A DNA stretch of 60,379 nucleotides from Octopus sinensis. Its lineage: Eukaryota. Under the pieces are notes generated by a model, which saw only the letters and a program-made list of their open reading frames with translations, was not told where the DNA came from and ran no database searches. The translations under genes were made by a program, and so were the position numbers. Shown piece by piece: positions 14,440 through 26,284 of this stretch (within the stretch, counting starts at the first letter, position 1; every line of letters begins with the position of its first letter). Where the stretch lies: positions 1-60,379 of the forward strand of contig NW_021832579.1 in NCBI RefSeq assembly GCF_006345805.1. Reading direction: 5' to 3'.

Positions 14440-14600
14440 TTAATAGACCTTACCCATAACTGTACTATTCATTTGATCATGGAATTACATAATGCATACC
14501 TGTCTTACCCTGATCCTTCCCTCAATTTTGACAAAGTAGAATCTACCAATATCTTCGACTGGGGATATTTCTTCATTTTTACATCTCTCTGATAATGTAA
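14440..14600 (-). mobile_element. Possible further R2/R4-type fragment
   Basis: Frameshifted YPQS-DIGRFYFVKIEG resembles the HPKSDVDRLY..GGRG motif. Weak. Confidence 0.25.
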
Positions 14601-14617
14601 TACTCAGCTTATGGAAT

Positions 14618-14960
14618 CATCATCATCATCGTTTAACGTCCGTTTTCCATGCTAGCATGGGTTGGATGGTTCGACCGGGGATCTGGGAAGCCAGAAGGCT
14701 CACCAGGCTCCGGTCTTATCTGGCAATGTTTCTACAGCTGGATGCCCTTTCTAACGCCAACCACTCCGTGAGTGTAGTGGGTGCTTTTTACGTGCCACCT
14801 GCACAGGTGCCAGGCGAGGCTGGCAACGGCCACGGTCGGATTGGTGTATTTTATGTGCCACCGGCACGGAAGCCAGTCGAGGCGGCGCTGGCATCGGCCA
14901 TGAGTCGGATAGCGCTTTTTACGTACCACCAGACCAGGGATCCTGGCTGGTTCAATTCGA
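14618..14960 (-). mobile_element. SINE family B with (GAT)n tail; other minus copies at about 15295-15445, 35430-35675, 40875-41175, 55490-55835
   Basis: catcatcgtttaacgtccg..ccatgctagcatgggttggacgg..ggatgcccttcctaacgccaaccactcc core. Confidence 0.9.
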
Positions 14961-16002
14961 TTTCGATTTCCTTACTCAATATGATGATCCACATGCTTGG
15001 CTATCCTAGAAACAGCTGTAAGAGATTCTCTATGTTTATATTCTCTAAATTAAATGGGTTTTTTTTTCTTTTGATGCCAAATATTTTGCCTTGTCATCTT
15101 AATTTTAACCTATATCTGCCTGCTCAAGGAGAAACCACTTCTAGCCATTACTGATAGGCCGTCTCAGCATGAGACTTTCAGTTGCAGTTCAAACCAGAGT
15201 TTTAGTGGTAAACCAAACAGAGCACTCACAATACATACCCATTACATTACATCAATTGATACAAACTCCTTGTGTATACTATATATATATATATCATCAT
15301 CATCATCATCATCATTTAGCGTCCGTTTTCCATGCTAGCATGGGTTGGACGGTTCTACTGGGGTCTGTGAAGCCAGAAGGCTTCATCAGGCCCAGTCAAA
15401 TCTGGCAGTGTTTCTACGGCTGGATGCCCTTCCTAACGCCCAAGTTATATATATATATATATAACTTGTCTGGCACCTGTGCAGGTGCCACGTAAAAAGC
15501 ACCCACTACACTCATGGAGTGGTTGGCGTTAGGAAGGGCATCCAGCCGTAGAAACATTGCCAGACCAGACTGGGCCTGGTACAGCCTTCTGGCTTCTCAG
15601 ACTCCAGTTGCACTGTCCAACCCATGCCAGCATGGAAAGCGGATGCTAAATGATGATGATGATGATGATGTATAAACCACTCTATACCTCTTCTCTTCCT
15701 CACATTTCCTCCTTCATGCACTGTGCTTACCTCCCACTCCTCATTCCTGTCCTCTTAGCCCTGTACCACTATATCATTGTTATCTGCTAGCCCCCCCCCC
15801 CCCCCCCAAGCTAGCCCACATGTAACAAGAAAACTTCTCACACACACTCTACCACAACAAGCCAAACTACATCTCTTCTCTTCCTCACATCTCCTCCTTC
15901 ATGCACTCTGTTTACCCCTCACTCCCCAATCCTATCCTCACCTCCCTGTTTCTCTGCATCATTGCTATCCAGTAGTCCCCCCCCCACACACACTATATAT
16001 AG

Positions 16003-16460
16003 TCCAGAAAGAGTCCAGAAGCTGGCTACCTGCATGGTTCATGGTCTCAAGAATTTGTCTTATGAGGAAAGGCTGAAGACGCTCGACCTTTATTCTCTAG
16101 AAAAACGCTGCTGCCGTGCGGTGATTCATTCTTGCTCACAACATAAGTGGAAAGTGTAACCTCCAAAGGAGCTGTTCTTCACTCCTGCTCCAGAGCGTCG
16201 GCTTGTGGGTCATTCCGAAAATCTGTATCTGCGAAGATTTCATCTCAATCGAAGGAGAGGGGCTTTCTCCGTCCGGGTGCGGATCCGTGGAATAAGCTGC
16301 CGGACGAGATGGTGAAGATGCGACGGACCTGCTCGGTTCAAAGTCTCCCTTGACCTCAAGTGGCCTGAACTCTTTGCATGAACACCACCCTGTACATAAC
16401 TCCATGTCCCCCTACATGGCCTTGCTTTTTTGCTTTTTGAGCCAAAAAATTAACTAACTA
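16003..16460 (+). mobile_element. CR1-clade LINE 3' fragment
   Basis: ERVQKLATCMVHGLKNLSYEERLKTLDLYSLEKR and PWNKLPDEMV, typical of the CR1 RT C-terminus; ends in a short taac repeat tail. Confidence 0.85.
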
Positions 16461-17879
16461 AATAACATATACCCAGGTTTTCACCACTCACTTCCACTCC
16501 TCACTCTCTAATCACACTTCTTTGACAGTATCCTGCCACTTAGTGTAGTGGGTGTTTTTACGTGTCTCTGGCACTAGAGCCAGACAGGTGGCACTGGCAT
16601 TGGCTATGCTAGAATGGTGCCTATTACATGCCAGTCAGATGGCATCGGCCATGCTCAAATGGTGCATTTTATGTTCCACAGGCATGGGTGCCAGTCGAGT
16701 GGCACTGGTATCAGCCACGACTACACTTCACTCAGTTACATAAATTACGCATATATATATATTCTTTTATTCTTTTACTTGTTTCAGCCATTTTATTGCA
16801 GTCTTGCTGGTATTTTTTTCTATCAGTCTCTTTTGCCAAACTGCTAAGTTACAGGGATGTAAGCACACTAACATCAGTTGTCAAGCTGTGATGAAGGAAG
16901 AAACACAGACACACACAGATATATACACAACAGGCTTCTTTCAGTTTCCATCTACCAAATCCTCTCACAAGGCTTTGGTTGACTAAAGGCTATAGAAGAC
17001 ACTTACCCAACGATCCAAACAACAGGACTGAACCCAGAACCATGTGGTTGGGAAGCAAATATCTTACCACACAGCCACACCTATACAAATACACACTCAC
17101 ACACACATATGTACACATGTGTGTAAGTGCATCATCATCATCTTTCCATTCTGGCATGGGTTGGATGGTTTGTGTTTGTCTGCCGAACATCGCTTGACAA
17201 CCGATGCTAGTATGTTTACGTTCCTGTAACTTAGTGGTTCAGCAGAAAAAGACTGATAGAATAAGTACTAGGCTTACAAAGAATAGGGGGTCGATTTGCT
17301 TGACTAAAGGCAGTGATCTAGCATGGCCACAGTCAAATGACTGAAACAAGTAAAAGAATAAAAGAATATTTACACACAAGTGGTGAGGGGATAGGAACAA
17401 ATATAGACATACACACACACATGCACACACACACACATATATGATGGCCTTCCACACACTTTCCATCTACCAAATCTACTTAAGCCTTTAGTCTGCTTAG
17501 GGCTATAGTAGAAAATGCTTGCTAAGGTGCTGCACAATGGGACTGAACCTGAGACCACAAGGTTGCTAAATGAGTTTCTGAACCACACAACCAAGCCTTT
17601 ATTATGATGGATAATTGGAGTGAGCCCTGCGTATCACAAATATAATCCTATAAAGCAGAACTGTGATTAAAGAGATTCTATGAGTGGCCATTTTATACAT
17701 CCAAGAACACAAAACCAAAACATATGCTTCATTTTTCAAAGATGGAAATTTATAAGATATGAAAAAAAATACTTAGCTGCTATTTCTAGCATGTGTGACC
17801 AACATGGAGATTGCTGAGTTGGTTTATTAAACATGGTTGTAACATGGGTAGATAGATGATAAAAGAAAACTTGACTTAC

Positions 17880-18113
17880 CACTTGCCTGTCACATTGCCA
17901 GCATCACAGTGCAATCTTTCTGGCAGCGGTTTCCAAGACTGAGCCATGTCAACAATGTCGCTTGCATCAAGAACACCATATCCAAATAAATGGTTGAACT
18001 GAAGTCCAGCTCCATTTGCGGTCCAGTGGTGATGAGAAGAAGCATCGTAGAGTTGTCGGCGTTTTGAAGTCAAAACTGACAAATGTTGCATGTCACGCCA
18101 TGTCAGATCATAG
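17880..18113 (-). CDS. PCSK2: PC2 exon (exon 11 equivalent): YDLTWRDMQHLSVLTSKR...FNHLFGYGVLDAS...GK(W)
   Basis: ttgtag|C TAT ... AAG TG|gtaagt, 234 nt, phase 2-2. LTWRDMQH and NHLFGYG motifs. Confidence 0.98.
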
Positions 18114-18219
18114 CTACAATGGTAAAAAGAAAAAAAACAAAGAACATTTATATAGACATATAGAGTATATGTGCATGTATTTGTATGTGTGTGCATGTGT
18201 TTGTTGCTTGTGTGCATAT

Positions 18220-18261
<42 letters not shown>

Positions 18262-18262
<1 letters not shown>

Positions 18263-18501
18263 CGGAGTAAACACATAAATGTGAAACAAGGTGGAAAAAA
18301 AGAGTACTCAAATACCAGGGGTAGAGTAATATACTTTATTTAAAAGCAGCAGAAATTCAACAAAACCTGTTACTCAGAGTTTCACGTGCTGTTCGTCGGA
18401 CCAGTTTTAAAATTTTAAAAAAACTGTCCGACGAACGGGAACGTGAAACTCCGAGAGTAACAGGTTTTGTTGAATTTCTGCTGCTTTTAAATAAAGTATA
18501 T
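18262..18501. mobile_element. Fold-back Penelope-like terminal repeat with a hammerhead-like motif in each arm
   Basis: Inverted arms about 18329-18410 and 18420-18501; ctgt-CCGACGA-acgggaacgt-GAAA-ctccgagagTA-acag at 18424-18463. Confidence 0.7.
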
Positions 18502-20223
18502 ATATATTATATATATATATAATATATATATTATGGTGTGTGTGTGTGTGTGTATATAGAAACACACTTCATATATACATATATATTGTGTGTGGTGTGT
18601 GTTGGTATATATATATATATATATATATATATCTTCGAAATGCGGAGTAGACGAAACAGGACAACTGAAGAAGGGGTATATCCCTTGTGTTGTATGTCTT
18701 GTACTCTGTTTTTTTTGTTGTTTGAAAAAAAGTTTGTTTCCATGTTTTTGTTTTTATGTTTTCGTTTCTCATTGTATTCAACACTTTTTTGGAGCCCTGT
18801 ACCCATATGTGCTTGTATATATACATATAGATGTAGGTATGTACATATATGTACGTATATATGCATATGTTTATATATATATATAGAAACACACTTCTTC
18901 ATATATATATATATATATATATATTGTTATATTTCGCAATGGTCATATTGCCAGTTTAGCCAATAATATATCATGAAAGAATGAAAATGGAGCATTATGG
19001 ATGCATATATAATTTATTTGTGTGATATTATGAGGTTGAAAGGTTTTTATAAAAACAATACAAATAAATTCTAAAGCTCTAAAAGAAATGGCAGATGCCA
19101 AAAACCTGCAAATAGGTTTTGATTCATGCTCTCATGATATCATACAACCTCATAATATCATACAAATAAATTATCTATACATCCATAATTCCCCATTTTC
19201 TTCCTTCCATCATTACCAACAATATAAACTACCATAATAATCCCTAACATATTGTCAAGACTTTCTCCTTATATTATAGTGACTAATCAGTGAAATGTTT
19301 GGAATGTTAAATCCCTAATGAGGACCTGTGACAATATATGTAAGAAGAACAGAGATTTATATATCCAGTTTTATTCTGCAGTTAATCATGTCTTTTCATT
19401 TCTGTACCTACATATGCATCTGCTGCAACTGAGTGCACATTGCAAAATTTTGCATCTTGCTGTGCATTTTGGTGTTATTTACTGATGCAACTTCTTCATA
19501 TTAAATTATATATTGCAATATATATACAATGACATGTTTTATTCATTTATGGCGTGGCCGTTGCCAGTACCGCCTGACTGGTCCTCGTGCCGGTGGCATG
19601 TAAAAGCACCCACTACACTCTCGGAGTGTTTGGCATTAGGAAGGGCATCCAGCTGTGGAAACTCTGCCAGATCAAGATTGGAGCCTGGTGCAGCCATCTG
19701 GTTCGCCAGTCCTCAGTCAAATCGTCCAACCCATGCTAGCATGGAAAGCAGACATTAAACGATGGTGATGATGATAATGATATTCTGTCTCATATTCATG
19801 TTGTACCAGGATTTCACATCTCTCTCTCTCTCTCTCTTTCTCTCTTGCTTTCCAGATGGGTAAGCCATATATTCACCTCTTCAGTAAGACTCTTGCTTCT
19901 CTCTCTCTCTCTCTATCATAGTATCTTAATCCTCCAAATTACACTCCACTTAATTGAAGGAGCTCACCCTGCAGGCATTTGACAACCTCACTGGTGCCAG
20001 TATCATGCAAAAAGCACCTAGTTCATTAAGAAAGGTATCATGCTGTAGAAACCATGCCAAAGCAGATTCAGAATCTTATAGAGCCCTCTGGCTCATCTGC
20101 TTTTGTCAAACCATCCAACCAATGCCAGCATGAAAAGAATGTTAAATGAGGAAGATGAATATTAATGCTATTGTAGTGCTTGATATCCTGAGATAGAGCT
20201 GGTTACAGTATGAGTACACTTAA

Positions 20224-20444
20224 CCCTTTAGTGTTCGCATTATTCTGCCAAAACTAATCCTTTTTTATCCACATCATTTTGAACTAATCATGCATTATCT
20301 TGTAGCTATGAGATTTTGATGAGGTAGCTGTTAATTTTTAAAACAATATTGTAGGGTTGGTGTGAGAGACCAGATCTGGCCAGTTTGAACATAAAACAGG
20401 CAGAATACTTTTGGCCGGATATGGTCGGTTTAAATGCTAAAGGG
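20224..20444. mobile_element. piggyBac-like MITE, family 1
   Basis: TTAA|CCCTTTAG ... CTAAAGGG|TTAA. Confidence 0.85.
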
Positions 20445-21418
20445 TTAAGCATCTGAATTTACTGGGCCCAACATAATTTAAATGTACATATATCTACATC
20501 AAAAACATGCATCTGCAGCTCTGTCTTGACATCAAAATGTTAGTTAGGAGTGTCAAGTCATACAAGCCATATCATTCATTTCCAGTACTCTCCAAAAACG
20601 TCACATATGGGGAAACGTCACATAGCTTGGAAACAGTTGAAGATTGATTATAAGATGGGTATCTGGCTGAAGAAAAATAATCTGCAGCAAATAGACTGTC
20701 TGATTCATGGCAAGCATGGAAAAGTGGACACGAAAACAATACCAATAATACAGTATATATACTCCACCGCACACAAATAACTATCCTCTACCAGGTGCAG
20801 GCATGGCAATGTGGTAAGAAACTTGCTTCCCAACTACATGGTTCCAGGTTCAGTCCTACTGCATGGCACCTTGGATAAGTGTCTTCTACTATAAGCCCAG
20901 GCTGACCAAAGCCTTGTGAGTAGATTTGGTAAATAGACACTTGCCCAAGGTACTGTGCAGTGAGACTGAACTCAAGACCACAAATTCGGGAAGCAAGCTT
21001 CTTACCAAATAGCCATGCTGCACTTATTTTCAATATTTGTATTGGTTACATCAGTCTCAGGTCGTGTGATGCAAAGGTCGGTGCATTCCTATGCAGCTGA
21101 CAATATCATTTATTTCTCCCAAGCAGTTCACAAATTACAAGCATTGTCCAAACACCTTGCACCAAACCTGCACTGAATCCATGAACAGAATACCTCAAAA
21201 ACATCATAAAAAATGAGGAAAACGGCATGGCAATGTTTCCTTCTTCAACAATGGATATGCGCAATTATTGAACATAGGAAGAAAAAAAAGTTATCTTGCA
21301 CCATAAAATATGAAGATCGATGAGAATAAGTTAAAAAATATAGAGTGTGAGAGGTAAAGAGAAAGAGAGAGAGAAAGTAAGGTATATTAGTACAACTTTA
21401 TTTATGTAGTATACTTAC

Positions 21419-21519
21419 TTAGCCTCGAGGGCAAGAGCAAATACCCCGGCAGCTTCTGGAGCTGCAGCAGAGGTCCCTGAGTGAGTTGTAGTGCATTTGT
21501 CATACAGGTCTGTAGTGGT
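21419..21519 (-). CDS. PCSK2: PC2 exon (exon 10 equivalent) with catalytic Ser: [33 protein letters not shown](N)
   Basis: ttccag|ACC ... GCT AA|gtaagt, 101 nt. Subtilisin HSGTSAAAP motif. Too short for the ORF track; read manually. Confidence 0.98.
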
Positions 21520-21624
21520 CTGGAAATAGATAATAATTATTTACAACTTGCATTTTGTGTTCAACTATGAATGGGTAAAGAATAATATACCAAGTGTGGT
21601 ATATCTTTAAATAACATATACTCT

Positions 21625-21819
21625 CTCTTTTACTCGTTTCAGTCATTTGACTGTGGCCATTGCTGGACACACCGCCTTTAGTTGAGCAAATCGACCCTGG
21701 GACTTACTCTTGTAAGTCCAGTACTTATTACATCGGTCTCTTTTTGCCGAACTGCTAAGTGATGGGGACGTAAACATACCAACATCGGTTGTCAAGCAAT
21801 GCTAGGGGGACAAACACAG

Positions 21820-21852
<33 letters not shown>

Positions 21853-21858
21853 ATATAC

Positions 21859-21896
<38 letters not shown>

Positions 21897-22065
21897 TATA
21901 TACGACAGGCTTCTTTCAGTTTCCATCTACCAAATCCACCACAAGGCTTTGGTCGGCCGGGGCTATAGCAGAAGACACTTGCCCAAGATGCCATGCAGTG
22001 GGACTGAACCCGGAACCATGTGGTTGGTTAGCAAGCTACTTACCACACAGCCACTCCTGCGCCTA
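21625..22065 (-). mobile_element. SINE family A; other minus copies at about 16765-17090, 37515-37928, 39655-39952, 44470-44860, 49555-49945
   Basis: Shared cagtcatttgactg / ccactcacaaggc / taccacacagccactcctg blocks. Confidence 0.9.
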
Positions 22066-22149
22066 TATATTGTATAATTAAACAGATAATGGTTTCAATT
22101 TTTGCCACAAGGGCAACAATTTTTTTCGGGGGTAGGGGTGGGGGATGAG

Positions 22150-22960
22150 TCGATTATATCGTGTGTCCCCTCACGAGTGGTATATCTTTAGTCTACAAAA
22201 GTGATATTTCCTCAGACTACAAATAGTGAGGGCATATAGCTTAGTGGTAAGAGTATTTGGCTCATGATTGTAAGGCCATGAGTTCAATTCCCAGTGGTGC
22301 ATTGTGCCCTTGAGCAAAACAAATTTATTTCATGTTGAGCCAGTTCACTCAGCTGGCAAAATTACCTGTAATTCAAAGGGCCAGCCTTGTCATATATCTG
22401 CATCATATTGAAACACTCTGAGCTACGTTTAAGGTACACCTGTCTGTGAAATGTTCAGTTACTTGCACATAAATTTCATGAATATCAACTACAAACCACA
22501 CTGTCATAACTGATGAAGTAACAGTCATAGTACAAGTGGTATCTATTTAGTTTACAATATTGCTTTTCCCTATAAACTGTATCACTACACGTGATATAGT
22601 TTTAGACTACAAATGTTATATCAACACACTACATGTGGTACAAGTTAACATAACACATGTCTAGAATCATGTAGTATATCTTTAATCAACATGTGGTATT
22701 TCTATAGTCAATATGTATTTCTTTAGACAACAAATAATATATCACTGCAAGTGATATCTAAGACTACAAATGGTTTATCTTTAGTCTACAAGAGATATAT
22801 CTTTATATTCTACAAGTGGTATATCTTTAGTTTATCAGCTCTACACTATAAGTGGTATATTTTTTATATTACTAGTAACATGTCTTTAATCTAAAAGTGA
22901 TATAGAGTTGCTTTTCAAGTAGTTTTTCTTTATACAAATGTTGCATCTTTGGATCGACTA
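22150..22960. repeat. Degenerate about 22-bp minisatellite (ctacaagtggtatatctttagt) interrupted by a SINE
   Basis: Many variant copies of gtg(g/a)tatatcttta and (g/t)ctacaa. Confidence 0.7.
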
Positions 22961-23255
22961 ATCCTTCTGTCTATGACCATATTTTTAAACAGGTGTGAGA
23001 TTAAAAGAAAATGAAACATTTGAAACAAATCAGTCATATATATATATATATTTATATTTATACTGTTGTTTCTGGGGAGGGTCATTCTCTTTTGGTGCCT
23101 TATAATTTAACACACTCACCGGTAAAATTTCCACTTATTTCCTTCTTTATTTTTCTAAAATTTTTGTCGTGTCTTGCAACCTTTTCAATAGTCTTGACTC
23201 TGTCTGTTACTCACACTGCATTCCTTTTTGTTTGTTTGTGTGCATGTGTGCAGAT

Positions 23256-23307
<52 letters not shown>

Positions 23308-23574
23308 CTATACATGCATATATGTATGCATGTGTGTGTATGCATTGTTTGTGTGTGTTTTACAACTCTGTACCATGTTTGTATGCATGGATGTGCATCA
23401 CCATATGTGTGGACATGTGTCTCCATATGTGTCCTTGTGTGATGTAAAGTGTGTGTGTATATATATATATATATGGTCATGTCTTTCAGTCTTCATTTGT
23501 ATGTGTGTGCTTGTTTGTTCATATAACCTATGTAACTATCCATCTGTATGAATGGTTAAGATAGATTCCTAATG

Positions 23575-24330
23575 CTGAGCCAAGTGGCAAGACCAAGGAT
23601 GAAATAATTGGATAATATCCATAGTCTTAGTAAGTGATTCTTGGGGATCCATTTAGAAAGTGTAATGATAATTGCTTCTGATAGGACCCTATGAAGGAGG
23701 AGGGGCCTGAGGACTTTATCCTTACACCTGGCAAGAGACCTAGGAGTAGACCAAGAATGGAATGGTTGGATAATATCCATAGTCTTGGTAGGTCATGCTT
23801 GGAGTTCTATTTAGAAAGAATAATGAGAGTTGCTTCTGATAGGACCCTATGCATGAAGAGGTACCTGAGGATTATCCCTGTGTCTGGTAAGTGACTTAGG
23901 GGTAGAGCAAGAATGAAATGGTTGAATAATATCCATAGTCTTAGTAGGTAATGCTTGGAGTTCCATTTAGAAAGTATAATGACAATTGCTTCTGATAGGA
24001 CCCTATGGAGGAGGAGCCTGAGGTTTCTGTCCCTATGTCTAGCAAGAGACCTAGGGGTAGATCAAGAATGGAATGGTTGGATAATATCCATAGTCTTAGT
24101 AGGTCATGCTTGGAAATCCATTTAGAAAGTATAATGACAGTTGCTTCTGATAGGACCCTATGGAGGAGAAGGTGCCTGAGGATTCTATCCTTATAGCTTC
24201 TGATAGGAGGAGGAGGTGCCTGAGGACTTTATCCCTACACCTGGCAAGAAACCTAGGGGTAGACCAAGAATGGAATGGTTGGATAATATCCATAGTCTCA
24301 GTTGACTGTGCTTGGGAATCCAGCCAAAAA
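23575..24330 (+). repeat. Tandem array of about 155-bp units (about 5 copies) derived from an RTE-like 3' end
   Basis: Unit starts (ggcaag) at about 23587, 23730, 23886, 24041, 24242. Translates as GKRPRGRxRxxWLDNIH..ASDRTLW. Confidence 0.8.
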
Positions 24331-24363
24331 GTATGCATAAAAATAATACAATAATTTACTTAC

Positions 24364-24579
24364 AACGCCAGCGTCAAGTGTCATTCCTTTGCCATTGCTG
24401 AAAGTGGACGCCAAAGTGGAAGAACAAGATTCATCATATGCAGCAGTCTGTCCATCATTAGTGGCAGAATTAATGGAAATGGTCCACATACTGGCAGCAT
24501 AACCATCACAGTTACAATCATCATTTGGGCCACCATCACCGGAAGCCCATACGTAGATACTACCCTTTCCATTACGACC
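24364..24579 (-). CDS. PCSK2: PC2 exon (exon 9 equivalent): [39 protein letters not shown]...DAGV
   Basis: ttccag|GGT ... GTT|gtaagt, 216 nt, phase 0-0. The oxyanion-hole residue is Asp (ASGDGG), which is diagnostic of PC2 (other convertases have Asn). Confidence 0.98.
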
Positions 24580-24720
24580 CTGGAAAGAAAAAAAAATTAA
24601 TTAAAAATCAAATCATTTGTACAGGCCATTAGCAGCCTAATTTCATTTGGAAAATTAAATCAAATGAAGTTAATTACACAGGGAAGCCATCTGAAACAAA
24701 AAACAACAGTCAATGATTAA

Positions 24721-25484
24721 CTCTTTAGCCTTCAGATTATTCTGTCAAATGTCATTCTAATTTATCCACATTGTTTTCAATTAATCATGCATTATCTCAT
24801 AGCTTTCAGATTTCAATATTGTAATTGTTTATTTTCACAATGACATTGTAGGGTAGGTGTGAGAGACCCTATTTGGCTAGAGAATATCTGGGTTGGATAC
24901 AGATGGTTCAACCCTACACCATTCAGGTTACTCTATCAAATATAATGCTTATGTATTCACATTGTTTTGAATTAATCACGCATTAACTCATAGCTTTGAA
25001 ATTTCAGTGTGATGATTGCTTATTTTATGAAAGACATTGTAGGCTAAATGTGAGAGGCTGGATCTGGCCAGTTTGAACACAAAACATAGAATATTTGAGC
25101 CAATATGATTGATTTAAATGCCAAAGGGTTAAAATACACATTAGATATGCCATGAGACTGTTATTTCTGTATTAACCAATTAAATTAATTATTTTTAGAA
25201 TGACATTTTAGGGTAGGTGTGAGAGACTGGATGTGGCTAGCTTGAACCTAAGACAGGCAATATGATTAGACCAAATATGACCAATTTAACCATTCAGCAT
25301 TCAGATTATTCTGTAAAAGGCAATGACTATTTTTTTCACTTTTTGCATTATTTCATGATGCGATTGTATATTTGTAGAATGACATTATAGGGTAGGTGTG
25401 ATAGGCTGGATCTGGCCAGTTTGAATATGAAACATAAAACATATATATAAGCTGAATATGGCTGGTTTCAATACTAAAATGCTA
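24721..25484. mobile_element. Cluster of 3-4 family-1 piggyBac-like MITE copies
   Basis: Repeated ttcagattattctg / tcatgcattat / gtagggtaggtgtgagag blocks; AAAGGG|TTAA at 25123-25132. Confidence 0.75.
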
Positions 25485-25839
25485 ATGCAGAGAACATTAA
25501 ACATATGGTTAGAAATAATTATGTGGTACAGAAAGAACTCAATATAACATTAGCTCAACGACTGATAGCATTTTTAAAATTCTGGCATGGAAGACAACTC
25601 CAGATAGGTTTCAGTCTTTTTAGAGTGCTTCAGCTTCATCAAGGACAAGATGTGCATACTTGGGCAGTAGGCCTTGGGTGATAGGCTATCCTACTTGAGT
25701 GCATAATGCAAAGATCCAGAGCAAATACCAAGAGTCATCTTGTCTAATACTCTAGAAAATGTGATATTCAGCTACCCTTCTTTCTCAATATATTTATTGA
25801 TTCTGTAAGGACGAAAAGCAAAACTGAAATTAATGGAAG

Positions 25840-26150
25840 AATCATATGGTTAGATAATATCGATAGTCTCAGCTGGTTATATTTGGGAATCCAGCTGGAA
25901 AGTGTAATGATGATTGTTTCTGATATGACCCTAGGAAGGGGTGCCTGAGGACTCTATCCCTATATCTAGCAAGAGACCTAGGGGTAGACAAAAAATGAGA
26001 TGGTTGAATGGTATCCATAATCCCAAGTTGACTGTCCTTGGGAATCCAGCTAAAACATTTAATGACTGCTACTTCTGATAATTTGTTATAGAGGACCATC
26101 GTCATGACCCTTCCAGGAATAGCAGACAGAGAAAATGGATAAATGAATGG
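25840..26150 (+). repeat. Two more units of the same RTE-tail repeat
   Basis: Same ttggataatatc / agcaagagacctagggg / gggaatccagc motifs. Confidence 0.7.
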
Positions 26151-26284
26151 ACAAATTCCACTTATTCAAGAGAGTATTTTCAGAGCTCTTTTTTAAAGAT
26201 ACCCTGGATAAGGTGAATGACTGGACTTTATTTTTGTATCTTCAATAACACATTACACACACACACATACATGGACAGCTCTGT

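Noticed and set aside
14657-15154. 165-aa plus-strand ORF
   Set aside because: Mostly the antisense of a family-B SINE; similar peptides appear at every copy.
18640-18700. CTGAAGA followed by an aggg/ccct hairpin, as a hammerhead
   Set aside because: No GAAA follows helix II here or in the sister copy near 7545-7625.
23575-24330. Regularly spaced repeats as a possible CRISPR array (also 39005-39340 and 48874-49178)
   Set aside because: Whole units are repeated with no unique spacers, there are no cas genes, and the context is eukaryotic.
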